Shown: piece after piece, positions 31,710 through 32,000 of the stretch
Position numbering within the stretch: the first letter of the stretch is position 1
How the letters are laid out: every line of letters begins with the position of its first letter
DNA from: Synechococcus elongatus PCC 6301
GTDB taxonomy: Bacteria > Cyanobacteriota > Cyanobacteriia > Synechococcales > Synechococcaceae
DNA: 32,000 nucleotides
Assembly: GCF_000010065.1 (NCBI RefSeq)
Contig: NC_006576.1
Location: 840,001-872,000, forward strand
Direction: 5' to 3'
Program-made: the position numbers and the translations under genes
The notes under the pieces: generated by a model
Databases searched by the model: none
Seen by the model: the letters and a program-made list of their open reading frames with translations, nothing else
Told to the model about the DNA's origin: nothing

Positions 31710-32000
31710 TCATTTTAAGCGGTAGTAGCGAATTGGCCCACTGTAGAAACCTTGGTACTCAGACGGTGAGGCGAGCCTCGTTCTCGTGGGTCGCGAGCTG
31801 CTGTTGCTGATAACCCTTCCCCCATCACAGGTCACGATCCCAATGTGCGCCTGGGGTGGGTTGCCGCCATCAGTGAAGATTGCGATAGCGCCCGGCTCAG
31901 GACCGCTGACTTGTTGAGCACCAGAGCGCCGCAGCGCCGCCTCCGCATCAGGGACGTAGTTCGACCCGCCCCACGGTGTCGTGAGCCCTGCCTTTTGAAA
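31710..32000 (-). CDS. NlpC/P60- or CHAP-like cell-wall hydrolase, C-terminal part (N-terminus beyond window)
   Basis: LTTPWGGSNYVPDAEAALRRSGAQQVSGPEPGAIAIFTDGGNPPQAHIGIVTCDGGRVISNSSSRPTRTRLASPSEYQGFYSGPIRYYRLK*: PGAIAIF...AHIGIV...SNSS pattern. Confidence 0.6.
   Translation of the reverse strand, partial: FQKAGLTTPWGGSNYVPDAEAALRRSGAQQVSGPEPGAIAIFTDGGNPPQAHIGIVTCDGGRVISNSSSRPTRTRLASPSEYQGFYSGPIRYYRLK

Overview
The left ~20.7 kb is HIP1-rich (GCGATCGC) cyanobacterial core genome, resembling the Synechococcus elongatus lineage by gene content. It carries a class A penicillin-binding protein (5' part, apparent frameshift), hisG, an ABC exporter, PEP synthase coupled to a Ser/Thr kinase, a 7TM-HD (PgpH-like) protein, folD, a GGPP synthase (crtE), a divergent PAP2 protein, an alpha/beta hydrolase, a GNAT, a CpcT/CpeT-like lyase, a GST-fold protein, a 5'-nucleotidase-like protein and a COQ4-like protein. 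At ~20.88 kb there is only the 3' half of a tRNA-Leu(CAA), followed by an intact terminator. Beyond it, gene content is prophage-like to the window end: small zinc proteins, a DinD/BRO-like protein, three tandem HTH regulators, and a lysis module of a NlpC/CHAP-like protein, an M15 peptidase, small TM proteins and a GH24 lysozyme. This looks like one end of a prophage or integrative element inserted in tRNA-Leu. Inside it, ~24.0-29.95 kb is AT-rich, lacks HIP1 and resembles a defence/moron island. It holds a Panacea (DUF4065)/RelE-like toxin-antitoxin candidate, a DUF2971 protein, a disrupted PD-(D/E)XK nuclease relic, a frameshifted ~430-aa uncharacterised gene, and a tightly coupled pair (271-aa uncharacterised protein plus DUF488). 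The strongest unexplained signal is a 33-nt module (GAAAA-N-CCCTCCCAGCCTGCGTTTTCCGTTTCT-like). It recurs after each of the three HTH genes, with a diverged fourth copy after the toxin-antitoxin pair and a possible degenerate copy at the right island edge. All family names come from reading protein motifs by eye; no database was searched.
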